Positions 50,591 through 63,855 of a stretch of DNA of 64,000 nucleotides are shown in pieces. Positions within the stretch are counted from its first letter, which is position 1. Every line of letters begins with the position of its first letter. The notes beneath the pieces were generated by a model, which did not search any database, had not been told where the DNA came from, and saw nothing but the letters and a program-made list of their open reading frames with translations. The DNA comes from Hydrolagus colliei (Eukaryota), in assembly GCA_035084275.1 (NCBI GenBank), contig CM068753.1, positions 5,890,001 to 5,954,000 of the forward strand. Reading direction: 5' to 3'. The translations under genes and the position numbers were made by a program.

Positions 50591-51476
50591 CTACAATGTT
50601 CTTCCTCACAAATTTGTTGAGATTAACTCTAGTTACTTTGGATTTTTTTTAAACCAATGCATTCTATCAATGGACTGATAAAGTAATTTACAGCATGACA
50701 CTGCCAAACAGGTAGAGGGAGAATGCAAATTACAGTGTGGGCAACTTGCCTAATTCCTACTTTCTAAGGCTTGTTTTTGTGACGAGCGTTACAAGGTGGT
50801 GCAGCAGATCGGCTGCTCATGATCTTGGCTTTATGTAAACTGGTGGGGAGGAGGGATTGCCAAACCAGCCTTGTGGAAATGGGCTTTCTGTCTGGAGATT
50901 GTGAAAGTGTAATAATACAGCTTGTGGAGTGTATAGTAATAAAAAGTCTGATGGAATATATGGAATTATTTTATTGGTGAAATTTGGATTTCTTTTTAAT
51001 ATGAAAATCTTGAAGTCAGGTTTCTTGAGGGGAAGTGATTAATTTTTAGCTATTTGTGCTGCAGCATATTTGTGAGAAACAAATCTTCTCCTCAGCTCCC
51101 CCCCATAGTACATTTGAGAATCCTAATTGCTATGTGAGAAATTGCAGAATTTTATCATTAAAGTCATTATTGGGCTCTTATTCTCGAACACATTTCCACC
51201 GTAATAATATCTTGCTTGGAACATTAATTTTAGCTCACAATATAAATAGTTTCCCATTCTGTTGAGCTTCTATTGAGACTGCTTATTCCACCTAGAGGTT
51301 CCACCCCTTCAGTCAGCGCATTGCATATACCATTCACTCATTTGTGCCTTTAAGAAGATGCGATTCATCTCTCGGCTTCCTCCACCTCACTAAATTCAAA
51401 TGTAACGTTTCTTGCCCTTTTTTTAGATTCAAGAAACAAAAGTAATAATAAATGTTCAAATTTTGTTTTTTGTCAG

Positions 51477-51632
51477 GGTCCTTTTGCCACATTTAAGATG
51501 CAGTATGAACGAACATGTGAATGGACAGGTTTGAAATTCAGCAACGATGGAAAGCTAATGCTGGTATCCACCAACGGTGGTATGGTTCGGCTAATTGATG
51601 CATTTAAAGGGGCAGTGCTGCAAACCTTTGCG
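51477..51632 (+). CDS. WDR82: WDR82 exon 6 (156 nt)
   Basis: [52 protein letters not shown]. Confidence 0.97.
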
Positions 51633-51790
51633 GTAGGTTGAATATTCTGAACATGGTGGAACCAGCAGTTCTACAGCAAAAAAAATCACCTGTATAGTTT
51701 CCTGATGGTTGAATACCTTGACGAGGTAAAACAATGACAGTAGAGATCATAGAGTAGAATGGGAAGGTGGTGGAGTTTTAGGGTGTTGTC

Positions 51791-52138
51791 TAGGGTCCGT
51801 CAATATCGAAATTTTCCGATATCGATATATCGGTTTGCTCATATCGATATATACTGATCTATCGATATTGTGTTTTTTTTTTTGTCCTGCACATGTGCGC
51901 GCATTCGGGGGTGCGCGCGCATTCCGGTGTGCGCACTCATTCGGATATCGACAAGGTAAGTTGAAAAAGTCAGCATTATACTGATATATACCGATATATC
52001 GCCGGACACGATATACCGATATTTGCGATATATCAATATATTTTTTTCACATTGAATTTTTCGATATATCGATATATTGGAATTTTCAATATTGGCATAT
52101 CAATATGAAAAATTATATCGATATATCGCCGGACACTA
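51791..52138. mobile_element. hAT-family MITE with ATCGAT-rich subterminal repeats
   Basis: Imperfect TIR TAGGGTCCGTCAATAT vs TAGTGTCCGGCGATAT (reverse complement of right end); 8-bp TSD GTGTTGTC/GTGTTGAC; many (G)ATATCG motifs. Confidence 0.8.
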
Positions 52139-53047
52139 GTGTTGACCAAAGGCTTGGCAAAATATGCGTGTTTCTTTAGAGGCATTTGAAGACAGAGAAG
52201 TTGCAAGGATTGAGTTTAGAATAGGAGATGGACTAAAAGCTGGGGGGATAGAAATGCACTTACTGGCAGTGAAAAGGGGTAGTGCTACCCTCGCCCCCAT
52301 CATGGCTTGCTGGAATTCATGATGCATTGAATCAGAACTCTCAACATGCTCTGCTATTAAACACATTTTGAATTAGTGTTTGTATAGAAACTTATATTTA
52401 CTGAGCTCAAAGCTCAATTTTAATGGAAATCCCATTATACTGTGCTATAGATTGATAGTACTGGGCCTACAGTCCCAGCTGAAATTTTCAGATATCCTGC
52501 TGTAGAGTATTTCAAGTAAAAACTAAGGTATACTCACAGGTTGTTCTTGAATGCCTTTTGGGTTTAGTATTAGAGCAGTGCTGGCAGAAGTTCTGGCAGC
52601 AAGATGGCTGCATTCTCTGCCAAAACTGGGATGTCAGAAGAGCAGTTCAGGAAAGAGCAGAAAATAACATTGAGACTTGTTTATTCAACGTGTATTTCTA
52701 GATCTAAAAGAACATGCTTTCTGATTGTCTCCATTGACGGGTTTTATTTTGCTTTGAAGCTACTTTGGGAAAGACATTCTCTCTGGAATTTGTTCACGTT
52801 GAAGTGTCTGTGTTTCATAGAAAAGCTGAGATTGTATTTGTGCCGTGTGGGAAATCCTAGCTAAGGGACACCATGTTGTAGCATCAACCCAATAACACAC
52901 AAGGGGATTTGTATTTTAAATTGTTTGTTTATAGTGTACACACCACAAATCAGAAGTATGATGATGTCTTGTAACCAGATAATTGCAATAAAAATTGGTG
53001 TTCATTTACTGGTAACATTTACTGAAGGTTGTATTTTCTTGTTCTAG

Positions 53048-53117
53048 GGATACAATAACAACAAGGGCATTAGTTTGGAGGCTTCATTCACACCAGATTC
53101 TCAGTTTGTGATTATAG
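53048..53117 (+). CDS. WDR82: WDR82 exon 7 (70 nt)
   Basis: [23 protein letters not shown](G). Confidence 0.96.
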
Positions 53118-54629
53118 GTGAGTGTATCCGATTGAATAGCTTGCTTATTAGTTAAAAATAGTCTTATTTAATTGTATCTGTACTATTAATGATTTGTTTC
53201 AAACCATTCATGAACTTGGGGATATTTAGGGTTTTTTATGCTAAATTACTCTGCCTTTGAACTGCGATATTCTTAAATACTGTTTAAAATAAATCTTAAA
53301 AGGGGAAGTGTACTCACCCTAGTGAAACTGGGTTTCATATGATTGAATTTTTTTTCAGAGGGAACAACACAATTATATTTGCATTGCGCCTTTCATGTTG
53401 GGAGTTATTTTGGATCCAAGCTGGGGTAGAGGGTGGGGGGGGAAGGAGGTTGATTGAAAGTATGGTCAAAGAGGTGGGCCTTGAGGTGGGTTTTGAAGGA
53501 GGCAAGGGATCCTATACTTTTATCACTTAAATGTATTTTTAAAATTTATTTTCCGCCATTATCCCGGGGCCAGAAAATATCACCCAAGCATCCACCTATC
53601 AAAAACTTCATATCAGCAGCTGCATTACACAGAGGAGACCCTTAAATCATCTGCAAAAGCTCAGATATTTGCAGCAAACACTGTGTCGAAGTGGGAACAA
53701 GCAGAGGATTCAGTTCAGGGAAAGGGAAGGTTTATGCTGAGTTAGCTGCTCTTAGACAGAGGGACGAGTGGGGATCCTGGTGGTGGGGAAGGAAACTCTT
53801 GTCTGTTGCTGCTAATTAGTGGTTTACTTTTTGTTCTGTTCATCTATAATTGATGCTGTCCTACAATATCTCTGTTGAGATCAGTAGGTTACTGCTTACA
53901 AAATTATACCCGTGGACATGTAATGGCGTGTCAGTCAGAAGAGCTGTACTTTAGCATTTCAATCCATGCAAATACAAAGTATTCCACATTAATTAAATTT
54001 TATGGATATTAGTGACACAGGAGTAAGTTAAGTACACATCCCCCGGTAGGGAAACTCAACGACGTTACTGAATCCAATTACATTAAAAGCCCGTTTATCC
54101 AGCATCCACGGGACCTGGCCATTGCCGGTTAAAGCGAATACAGGATATTCGGGTGGCCCGCTGCGTAAACCCACCCCCAAAAAATGTATTATCTTTTAAC
54201 AATATAACCAATATTCTCTTCTGGGACCAGACTGCTGCTGGACCTATCTGGTGATCCTGCAATCTGTCATGCCTAAACAAGTCCATTAAAGATACAAAAT
54301 TATGTTTATATATTGCCTTTCAAGTTGGGAGGGTGCCCCAAGATGCTTGCTGAGCAGTGGGTGTTGGGATAAGGGAGGGTGGGGTGGTAGAAGGGTGGTT
54401 GAAGGAGCAGTCTTGGAACGTGCCTTCAGGGAGGGAGTGAGGCAAATGGAATGTGGGATGGAGTTCCAAAGGGTGGAAGCAGATACCATTTTGAATGCAA
54501 ATGGTTTGAATTAAACAGAATGTCGGTCTTACTAAATCTTGTGCTCTTTCTCTCTTTCACTTTATAAATTTGAATTTAGCTGTATTGATTGTTGAAGAGT
54601 GCATCTTAAATGTTGGTTCTGTTCCTCAG

Positions 54630-54772
54630 GGTCAGAGGATGGTAAAGTTCATGTGTGGAATGCAGAGAGTGGGCTAAAAGTTGCTGTTCTGGATGGAAAA
54701 CATACAGGCCCTGTCTCTTGTCTTCAATTTAATCCCAAATTCATGACATTTGCTAGTGCATGCTCCAATATG
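54630..54772 (+). CDS. WDR82: WDR82 exon 8 (143 nt)
   Basis: [47 protein letters not shown]. Confidence 0.97.
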
Positions 54773-55483
54773 GTAAGTGTATTAATCCATGGGGTTAATA
54801 TTTAGTAGTTTTAATCTATTTTGTTTTTTATTGGGGAAGAATTAGCACAAACGCAACAACCTTTATTAACCAGTAAAAGGAGACTGTCCTGTGAATTGGG
54901 ATTGTCTAATTTTTAATTTAATATAAGCAACTTTTTAAGTTCAGGGTATTTATACATATGTGTTCTCATAACATTTTGTTTTACTATGAGCTATTTTGTC
55001 ACTTGTGAGAGCTGTTTGTAATTAAAGAAACAGTCACCTATATGTAGAAGAGTAGTTACCTTGTTTGTATACAAGTCTAAATCGAAGAGGATTTGCATGA
55101 CACTCACTCAAGGGCAGTTAATTTTGGAATTGGTGGAGTTGTTTGTTTATTTGGGTGTGTTCAATATGTGACAAAACATCTTGATGAGGGGCAAAACGCC
55201 TTGATGCTGTTTTTCATTTCTGGAGTAAACAATCTCTCCATCTTCAATGGGGCTTTAGCTTTTCTGGATTATAAATAGCCGAATGGGAAGAATCCCATCT
55301 TCTAGTGACCTGACCATTCAGTCTCCATTATGAGCTTAGCCTGTCAATCCACAATATTGCCGTGAACACTGAGGCTGTGCCCGGCTCAGCCATTGGATCA
55401 GTGGGTTCACCAAATAGCATGAACCCTTTCTAATTCATTTTGTATTCACTGAACACTTTGCTAACTATTTCATTTCTTTACAG

Positions 55484-55513
55484 GCATTTTGGTTGCCTAC
55501 AATTGATGACTGA
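55484..55513 (+). CDS. WDR82: WDR82 exon 9 coding part with stop
   Basis: AFWLPTIDD*; total CDS 942 nt = 313 aa, the canonical WDR82 length. Confidence 0.96.
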   Translation, partial: AFWLPTIDD

Positions 55514-58149
55514 AGTGACTGGTCTTCTTGAACACACTGAAGAATCAACATCCAACTGACTGAAAGTCAGGAAGGGTTCCAGATCTTTTCTGTATATAGA
55601 CTCTCAAAGATCGGCAGTGTTTTTTGTATGTCCTTACATCAGTCACTGTGATATTGACAGACTACAGATTTATCTCCACTGAATACCACGGCAACAAAAT
55701 CCACACCTCCAGCATTATAACTTCAATTCCATGTCTCATTCTTTCTTTCTCTCTTTGGGATGCACAAACTGATTACTTTGTAATAATCATTATTGAAACT
55801 GTACTGAATATGTTGGGCATCAAAAGTTTCAAAGTGCTGATATGAGAGGTAGCTGGGCAGTATTCCACTCAAGCCCCAGAGTGTTTTTCTCAGCCAATAA
55901 TTATTGCCAGTCACACAGGTATTTACTAACATTCCACTTCAGTGTTTCATCATAATGAAAGGAAGACCGATCTTGATTAGATGAATGGTTGAGAAGATAT
56001 TTGGGGATTAATTTGCTGAGTATTCAGATGTAAAAGCACATCCTTTTGGTTTTTTTTAATCTCAATTTTGTTCAGGAATGTCTTTCTATATTGTAGATTT
56101 CTGTACAGTGTAAAACGTTGCTTCACCTTAAAACAAAGCTTTACTTTGTTTCAAAGTGTTTGCCAGTGTTTGGTTTGTGTAAATATTTGAGTGCGCGGGA
56201 AGTTTTTTTTTAATGTGAATTCTATTTTTTGCAATTTTTCAAGATTAAAGTAAGATATCCAAGATGGCGCAGTGCTGAAAGCACACTTCTGCAGCTTGGC
56301 AAATAAACCAGTTCAATTGTATTCTTCATTCCATCTCCATAATTTTTGAATTATGGACGTTTTTTAGAAAAGCTTCTCAAAATAATTATGAGATGTGCTT
56401 TGGAGTATTTGAAGTTGCTTTTAATTTGGATGTTTTAATGTGCCAAAGAAAGTAACAATGGTTAAAGTAATGCAAACTTACTCTTGATTTGCATCTGGTT
56501 TAGGCAACTATAAACAACAGTGATGATGACTTCTATGTGTTTATGGAGGCTGAAGAGTCATTTAAATGGTTGAGTGTCATAGGAGTTTTTTTTTTGTCTT
56601 TTAAGGTGCTTGTTTTAAAGGGAAATATTTGGATTGTCTGGCATTGCACCTAGCTACAGAATCTAATCCATTAGACTCCGATGAGAAAGCAGGATTCAGG
56701 TACCGGAATCCCCTTCCTGCTTTAGTTGGTTGACCAAAAGACCAAAAGAACTAAGCGTGTACACATGCCCAAACGGTTTTAGCGATCAAAGCATATTAGA
56801 CTCAACATGTTTGAGCTCTTCAATTAGAACACTGATCGTGTGAAATGGGATATAGTATAATTACGATGGTAATGGTTGGGTACAGCTTAACCTTTGGCTT
56901 GTCATTTGTGGAGATTTGAGATTTTAATTAAGTTCATTGTGTCTGAAATCATGGAAGTGAGCACTATGTGATGTCTGTAATTCTTTCAAACATGCATTAT
57001 TCAAAAGTTTTAAATGATTGTTTACTGATGCAGTAACTGTCCTCGAAGAATACATCTTCCAACAGGGTGCCGCCCACTGAAACAATCCTATGACAAAAAT
57101 GTATTTTGTGCGTGACTTGCATGAGTAACAATTCAAATTGCTATGGGCTAAGGAAGCTTAAGCAACTGACCCTAACCAGTTACCTGTGGAATAATTTTGA
57201 TAATATCCTGAATTCTGTGGTATGTGCTGTTTAGGAATAACACTCTTATTTGAGAAAATGTGGATTAATATTTTTGCATAAGTTCTGGCAATAAACTATT
57301 ATGTAATATGTATGCAACACCTAAAGTAATTAAATTGAACTCAGTGTTATTGTATGACATTTACTCCTTATAAGAACAATTGTGGTACAAATCTTATCTC
57401 CAGTGATTCTGACTTGGGATTCTGTGGGAAAGAGGTTCCTATAACCATTATTTCTTATGCAGAATCTTATTTTGTAAATGGGTTTATTTCCCTATTTATA
57501 GTACACTTACGATTTATATATTTCTACATGAAAAATAGTATCCTTTAAAAAGGGACAGGATCATCAATGTACCAACTCATGAAAAATGGTCAGGCATAAC
57601 CATGTGGCATTGAAATACTTCATCCATAGGCAGCGAAGGAAAACAGGAAGGTGTGTCACTGCGTCATTGCACTGCAGTTTCTTGTAAACAAGGGTATAGT
57701 GAAGGTAACATTAGATAGGTCATCCTCCACCTTCCTGGCCCAGTTAAAAGTACAGTTTGGAGGAGATGCAAGGAGAAAGAGCTTTAAAATACCTGATATT
57801 AGGTATTTATAAGCAGTGAGTGACCTTTACAGTTTACTCCTGTAAATATTATCTTTAACTTCAAGTGGCTTTTTACAAAAAGCAGCCGATGGACATTATT
57901 GTATCAATGGGATAAACTACTGCAAATCTTTGTAAATGAACATTAAATTGTCCATATGTGTTTTTCTCAAATATAGAATGCTATTTTTCCAGTTCCTTCA
58001 TATCTTAGTATTGAAAAAAATGTGAATTTCAGGTGAGCAGAGTTCTATTGGTAAATGTATCTGAGGTGCTGAGCAGGTTCTGAGCTAAAATGTTTAAAAT
58101 AATCCTTGCATTTGATATAGCGCTTTTCACATCCTGTCTTTCACAGAGT

Positions 58150-58710
58150 TTCACGTCTCCAGCTGAACGTCAGCAAGACTGAGGCCATCCTGATTGGCAT
58201 CTCAGGTGCTAGCAGCATCAGCATCCACGGCTGCACACTCCCATTTCATGAAGCCAGTCAGGAACCTGGGTGTCTTGGTTGATCCTGAACTGTCCTTTCT
58301 CCTCCACATCCATGCCATGACCAACACCATCTCTGTAACATCGCCAGACTCCCTCACCCATGCGTTGGTCACATCAAGGCTTGACTACTCTCCTCGTCGG
58401 CCTTTCCTTCACAAGCTGCAAATCATCCAAAACTTGGAATCTCGTGTCCTCCCACACTAGACTCTGTGATCCCCATCACTCCCATCCTCGCCCAGCTCCA
58501 TTGGCTCCCCATCCCCCAGAGGATCAAATTCAAGATCCTCATCCTCACTTTCACAGCCATCCATGAGCTACAGGGCTCCTTATTAGTGGCAGTAATTAGT
58601 AAGCCTGTGATTTCTTAAAAGTTTTTGGTCTCTTCCCAAAGTAAAAGGTTCTTATTTGGGACGTCCTCCCGACATGAAAGGCGCTCTATTAATGTAATTT
58701 TGTTGTATTG
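58150..58710 (+). mobile_element. L2 LINE fragments between the WDR82 and PPM1M 3' ends
   Basis: VRNLGVLVDPELSF and LTHALVTSRLDY motifs of L2 ORF2; tail near 58660-58710. Confidence 0.8.
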
Positions 58711-59297
58711 TTATTTGAACATTTTACGTTGATAAATATGCTGGATTGGAAAACAGAGACTGTTGCCAACAAGAAATCACACTTTGTGATCCCCTAATCA
58801 AAACAATACACAACTTCAGTTACAATATTTAATTACAAAAATAATAATTTGGCATTAGCTTAGGTAAAGTGCACAACTATCATTGCTTTTTACAGAGTGT
58901 CATTTGTATAAATAGGCACAGAAATCTTTCTGTGCATTTGGGTAAAGAATGATCCAATGATGCTGAGGGTTTATTCTCAGTTGTGCACATAGATTTGTTG
59001 CACTTAAATCACAAGTTTTATTCCAAAATTTGTCCAAAGTAATTTTAGCACAAAAAACAGCAATTAAAATTTTTTCATATTAAGATGAGAAAATCATAAT
59101 AACTAGCACCAGTCCACATGTAATATATACATCTAATATCAATCTTACAGAAAGCCGGAATGCTGTTTTCTTCTATGTTTCCTATGGAGTGCTGGGTAGT
59201 AGCAATCTTTGATGGACTGAACAATTTGGCAGGATAAGAACCACAGCGCAGATTCTGCTGGGAATGGCAGCTGTCATATTTGGAGACAAATTATATT

Positions 59298-59457
59298 TCA
59301 AATTAATGGTGGGCATGTTGCTACCACATTATACAGTGGTATTACAAATACTGAGATGTCATCAAAAGAAGCAAAACTGCCATCTTCCATTTTCCACTCA
59401 TTGCCAGACAATGTGCCTTTTGCCTTATGTACGAGGTACTGAGCCAACATCGTGTAC
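59298..59457 (-). CDS. PPM1M: PP2C-family phosphatase (PPM1H/J/M subfamily), last coding exon
   Basis: (R)YTMLAQYLVHKAKGTLSGNEWKMEDGSFASFDDISVFVIPLYNVVATCPPLI*; DDISV metal-binding motif; tail-to-tail with WDR82 as PPM1M is in mammals. Confidence 0.85.
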
Positions 59458-60334
59458 CTATAAAAATAAATGAATTGTATTTCAATTAAAACGATATGAA
59501 TGTACCAGTCATTGGGCAAGGCAGCTGGTACCCAGTAACCATACAAACCCAGCACAAGTTAATAACTTTAGAGAAAATGAATTGTTTAATCACCACAAAG
59601 AGTGAACTGAACATGCACTTATTTCATCTTCTATAACTAGTTACAGTTCAGTTTTTTAAAACTCATGTTTTACCTTCAGAAGGACTTGCCTCCATTACTA
59701 CTATGTATGTAGCATTCCTAGTTTAACTTCGTCACACATATGAACATAGTAACGGAAGGGGGATGGGCGGAGTTCTAATTGGAAGGAAAGGGTTCACATT
59801 GACGATTCTAAGTTTTATGTATATTTGCTTTAATTTGGGGGGTTTCAAAAACTTCAGTGGTGCTAGTGAGCACTTCCTTCAAAACTTTCTTTCCTCCCAA
59901 AGCTACATGTGATTTTTAAGTTTTAAATATAACTAATAGCCAACTGTCTAGAAAGTATAATAAAAGAGCCAGTTAGTTATATTTAAATATATATATATAA
60001 AATTCTATCAAAAGAATACCAAAGGATCAAATGCAGCTTAGCAGGTTTTTCCCACTGCAGTAAAGACTAATGGATTCAGCTTTAAGCAGCCACTCTTTAC
60101 AGAGGCAGTTGGAAACCTTAATAATTCTTACAGAAACCGGGCCTGTTTCTGTTTTTCCCCACTGGGGCCTAAATGCCAAAGCTCAACTTCACAATATGTA
60201 GGATGCCATACTTAGAATACACCTACAAAAGAAGACAATCTCTTTCTGCTGTTTTGGTTGGGAGATTGATCTGTTAGAAACCTACTGATGACAGTTATAT
60301 GGAATAAATAGGACATACGAAGCAAAACCTTTAC

Positions 60335-60483
60335 CTGTGTGGATGCTGTTTGTTCTCTGCTAAGAAGCTCTCAACGATATCTGATACCTCTTTGTTGGAC
60401 AAGACATCCCATAAACCATCTGTGCCCATTATCAGAACATCATTTGGTTCAAATTTATGTTTTGTCAGATCAAATACAATCAC
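60335..60483 (-). CDS. PPM1M: PPM1M penultimate exon (149 nt)
   Basis: VIVFDLTKHKFEPNDVLIMGTDGLWDVLSNKEVSDIVESFLAENKQHPH(R); DGLWD PP2C motif. Confidence 0.88.
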
Positions 60484-61707
60484 CTTTAAAACAAACAATC
60501 CGTGCATACAGTTGTTTTGACAAGTACAAAATACTGTACAGTACATATAAAATAAGGCTGAGTGTGCATTAATTTAAAATACTGTAGTTAGTAAACAAGC
60601 AAGTTGAGAGCTTTATCTTTTTTTTCATGCAGTGTAGTTAGGCTATGGAATGCCTGGGATATTGGGTAAGGAAGGCATTAGCCTCCATAACGGAACTAGA
60701 TAAATACCCAAAAAGGTGTAATAAGCTACAAGGGTGTGGGGAAAGGGCAGGTCTTGTGATTTAAAGTTTTGTTCTTAAAAGCACAGACATAAATGGTCTG
60801 TGGTATAAATTTCTATGGTTTTATAATGAAGTGAATTTCATATTAAAAAAGTGAGACAAGACATTTTACAACAAAACATTTATGCATAAAGTGAAAACAC
60901 GAGGGCACTAGAACTTGAAAGTTAAAGGCTGAATGAAGGCAGGAGTGAGAGACTGAGTACAATTTCACCCAATCCGAAAGTTACTGTAGTCTGAGAGAGA
61001 ATGGCTACATCCAACACAAGGGATTGATGACTTTACCAGCCATAGAGCTATAGGAAAAAAAAGGCTACTTGTGGGCTGCCATTCTAAGCTCCCCTTCTAA
61101 GGTCCAAAACTACATTCAAAGAGGTGAGTCTTAAGGTGAATTTTGAAAGTAGGAAGCAAGGGGGTGAATTGAAGGGACTCTATGAATGATATTCAAAGCG
61201 CAGCAAGGCTGAAAAGCACACCTACTGTTGGTGGGACAGATCAGGCAGGGTCATGAAGCAGGTTGGTAGATAGTGAAACACTTATCCAGTACATGGTTTC
61301 AGGAATCAGAACATTTTCAAATGCAACCTAAACTGATTAAAATTGAAACTTGTTTTTACAAGTGAGTTGGTGTATTGCGCAAAGGTGTCGGTGAGGTTCT
61401 TGGCTATTCAGGGGTGTGAGCTGAGAAAGATAAAAGAGCTACCATGATCTAACGTGATGTTAGAGCAACCTCTACTGGTGAATGTTCTGCTCCAGCTACT
61501 ATATCCTTAAACATCCTATAAAAGACCTGTCCCACAAATAGCTTTGCAATTTGGTGAACTATAGTCAAATGCTGTAAAAAGTTTACGACAGCAGAATATG
61601 CATGAGAGAACAGAGTGCAATGTCCTCAATGCCCATTTGCGCCCAAGGTCCAAGGCAAAAACTATGAAGTAGAAAAAAGTTCTGCCTCATTCTGCTAACA
61701 TACATAC

Positions 61708-61815
61708 CTCAGGAATACAGGACAAGAATGGTTTTAAATAGAGGTTAGTTTCGTGAACTTGCAGCTGGTGGTCCCCTAGCCCCCGGGTGACTGCGATGGT
61801 GCCCATCACTCGAGT
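61708..61815 (-). CDS. PPM1M: PPM1M internal exon (108 nt)
   Basis: TRVMGTIAVTRGLGDHQLQVHETNLYLKPFLSCIPE; RGLGD motif. Confidence 0.88.
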
Positions 61816-62019
61816 CTGGAAAAGCAAAATTTTGAATGAAAACAATCATTGGGAAAGTTAAAGGAAAATGTTAACAAAATGTGGAGAAAAACGATAGCCG
61901 ACAAATATTAATACAATTGAACGGATGCAACGATGTGCAGCATTCTAGGCACTAAATCAAGGATTATTGAACGCAAAGGTTATTTACTTTGCAAAACCAT
62001 CCAAATTGCACTTTGTGCA

Positions 62020-63135
62020 TCAACAACAGCAACAACAACTTCGATTTACATAGTGCCCTCCACGCCAGACGGCGTCTCAGAGCGCTTCACAGTAGCGGAT
62101 CCCGAGACCGGGACAGGGCATAGTGGCTGAAGGCACAGCCGTTGAGGTGGAGCGGAGGATTTGGGGGACATGGAGGAGGCCAGACCCAATGGAGCGAAGG
62201 CAGCAGGTGCTGGTTTGAGGAGAGAGGACGGAGAGGTGGAAGGGTGCATAGGAGTGGAGGGATTTGAAAACAAGGGTGAGGATCTTGAAGTCGATCCTCT
62301 CAGGGACAGGGAGCCAGTGAAGTCTGGCAAGGACTGGGATAATGAGGGAGCGATGTTTGATGCGGGATCAGCGCTTCAACGCATTGGTCTTTGTTTATGA
62401 ACAGATGAATAGGGTCAGGATCTGAGCAAGGGGTGGTGGGGGCAGGGTTGGGATGAGTGAGGGCAGAGAGGTAGGAGGGTGATTGAAGGCACAGTTGAAG
62501 AGGGGGGTCTTGATACCGATCTTGAAGGAGGCAAGGGAGGGAGAAAGGCAAAGGCAAGTAGTTCCAAAGTGTAGGCGAGGAGAGACTGACAGCCCGGCCG
62601 CCGATGGTAGGGTGGGTCGGTTGCGAGATATGGAACAGGCCAGAGCCTGCTGAATGGAGGGAGCGGAAGGGTTGATGGGGGTCAGCAGGTCAGCGAGGTA
62701 GGAGGGGGCAAAGCCATGGAGGGCCTTGAAACTGAGGATAAAGATTTTTAATTCGATTCCCTGAGGAATGGGGAGCCAGTGGAGCCGGACGAGGGTGGGG
62801 ACTATGGGGTTGAGGAGCCTGGTGCGGGAGAAAACACGAGCTGCAAAGAGGAGGGTCTTGAGGCAGAACTTGAAGACGGCTAGGGAGGGGGGGAAGGGGC
62901 GAGGCAGAGGGATTGCGGGATAGAATTCCAAAGGTGGGGGGCAGAGAGGCTGAAGGCTTGCTGGCCGATAATGGGGGGGTTGGGCAGGGGACATGGAGCA
63001 GGCTGGAGCCCACTGAGCAGAGTGAGCGGACAGAGGTAGAGTGGGGCAAAGCCATGGAGTACAGTGAAGGTGAGGACCAGGATCTTGAATTGAATCCTCT
63101 TTGTGATGGGAAGCCAGTGGAGTCGTGCGAAAATG
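62020..63135 (-). mobile_element. Stack of L2 LINE 3' fragments in a PPM1M intron (two families, one in tandem)
   Basis: LVRLHWLPIPQGIELKIFILSFKALHGFAPSYLADLL in ORF 62395-63177; the same C-terminal segment recurs at 62846-63135; a different L2-type tail at 62020-62380. Confidence 0.85.
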
Positions 63136-63296
63136 AAGTGGAAAGGGTGGCGGAGCTTGGTGGGGAAGACATCTCAAAGATGTGTTAAAGTGCTACATCA
63201 ATTGCAAGGATTATTTATTATCACCTGCCACACTATGTGTCTTTTAATTACCTTGTTTATAAATCACTAAATAGCAATGGTTTCACAATGCATTAC

Positions 63297-63360
63297 CTGC
63301 TTCCCATCACCGTGTACTACAGGGTATTTCAGATCATCTTCTTCTGCAATTTTGTATCCC
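63297..63360 (-). CDS. PPM1M: PPM1M internal exon (64 nt); the gene continues beyond the window
   Basis: (W)GYKIAEEDDLKYPVVHGDGKQ, the flap region of PPM1H/J/M; tttcag| and |gtaatg. Confidence 0.85.
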
Positions 63361-63544
63361 CTGAAACAAAGTTTAAACAAAAATAAAGACAATATCTAAA
63401 ACTAAGCTAACACATTTATCAAAGGCAGGCAATACCTTTAGGCGGTAATGATGGTATTACATTTAGAATAGGTTTGATATATTGTGAAAACAATTTTGAT
63501 ATTATTATTAATATGTTAATATTTGCTGATCAGAGGCTCAATAT

Positions 63545-63855
63545 TATAATAATCACTACATTTGATATAGTGCTTTTCACATCTTCTAAACAACAACATT
63601 ACACCTATATATATATAGATGTCTTAAAGCGCTTCACAGAATATACTGTAAAGTATATTAACTGTATATTTGTGGGTGAAACGCAGCAGTCAATTGCGCA
63701 CAGCAGTGTCCCACAAACAGATATGGATTGAAGTGACCAATTTTGTTTTTTTTCTTAAGAGATTATGATCAGGCACGTGGAGTAAGGAAGCTTGCCAGGT
63801 TTCTTCCTGCCGGTAATCAAACCCAGGTCTCTCGCTTCTAACCACTGAGCTACAG
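63545..63855 (-). mobile_element. Near full-length tRNA-headed SINE
   Basis: Head gtagctcagtggttagaagcgagagacctgggtttgattacc; body and tail as at 23925-24208. Confidence 0.8.

Noticed and set aside
56521-56553. TGATGA...CTGA as a box C/D snoRNA
   Set aside because: Too short, not intronic, no terminal stem
55511-56725. WDR82 TGA stop plus an ATGA-hairpin as a SECIS/selenocysteine signal
   Set aside because: The stop is at the canonical WDR82 end, another TGA follows within a few codons, and the hairpin lacks SECIS geometry
62395-63177. 260-aa ORF as a novel gene
   Set aside because: Chance open frame across tandem L2 ORF2 C-terminal fragments
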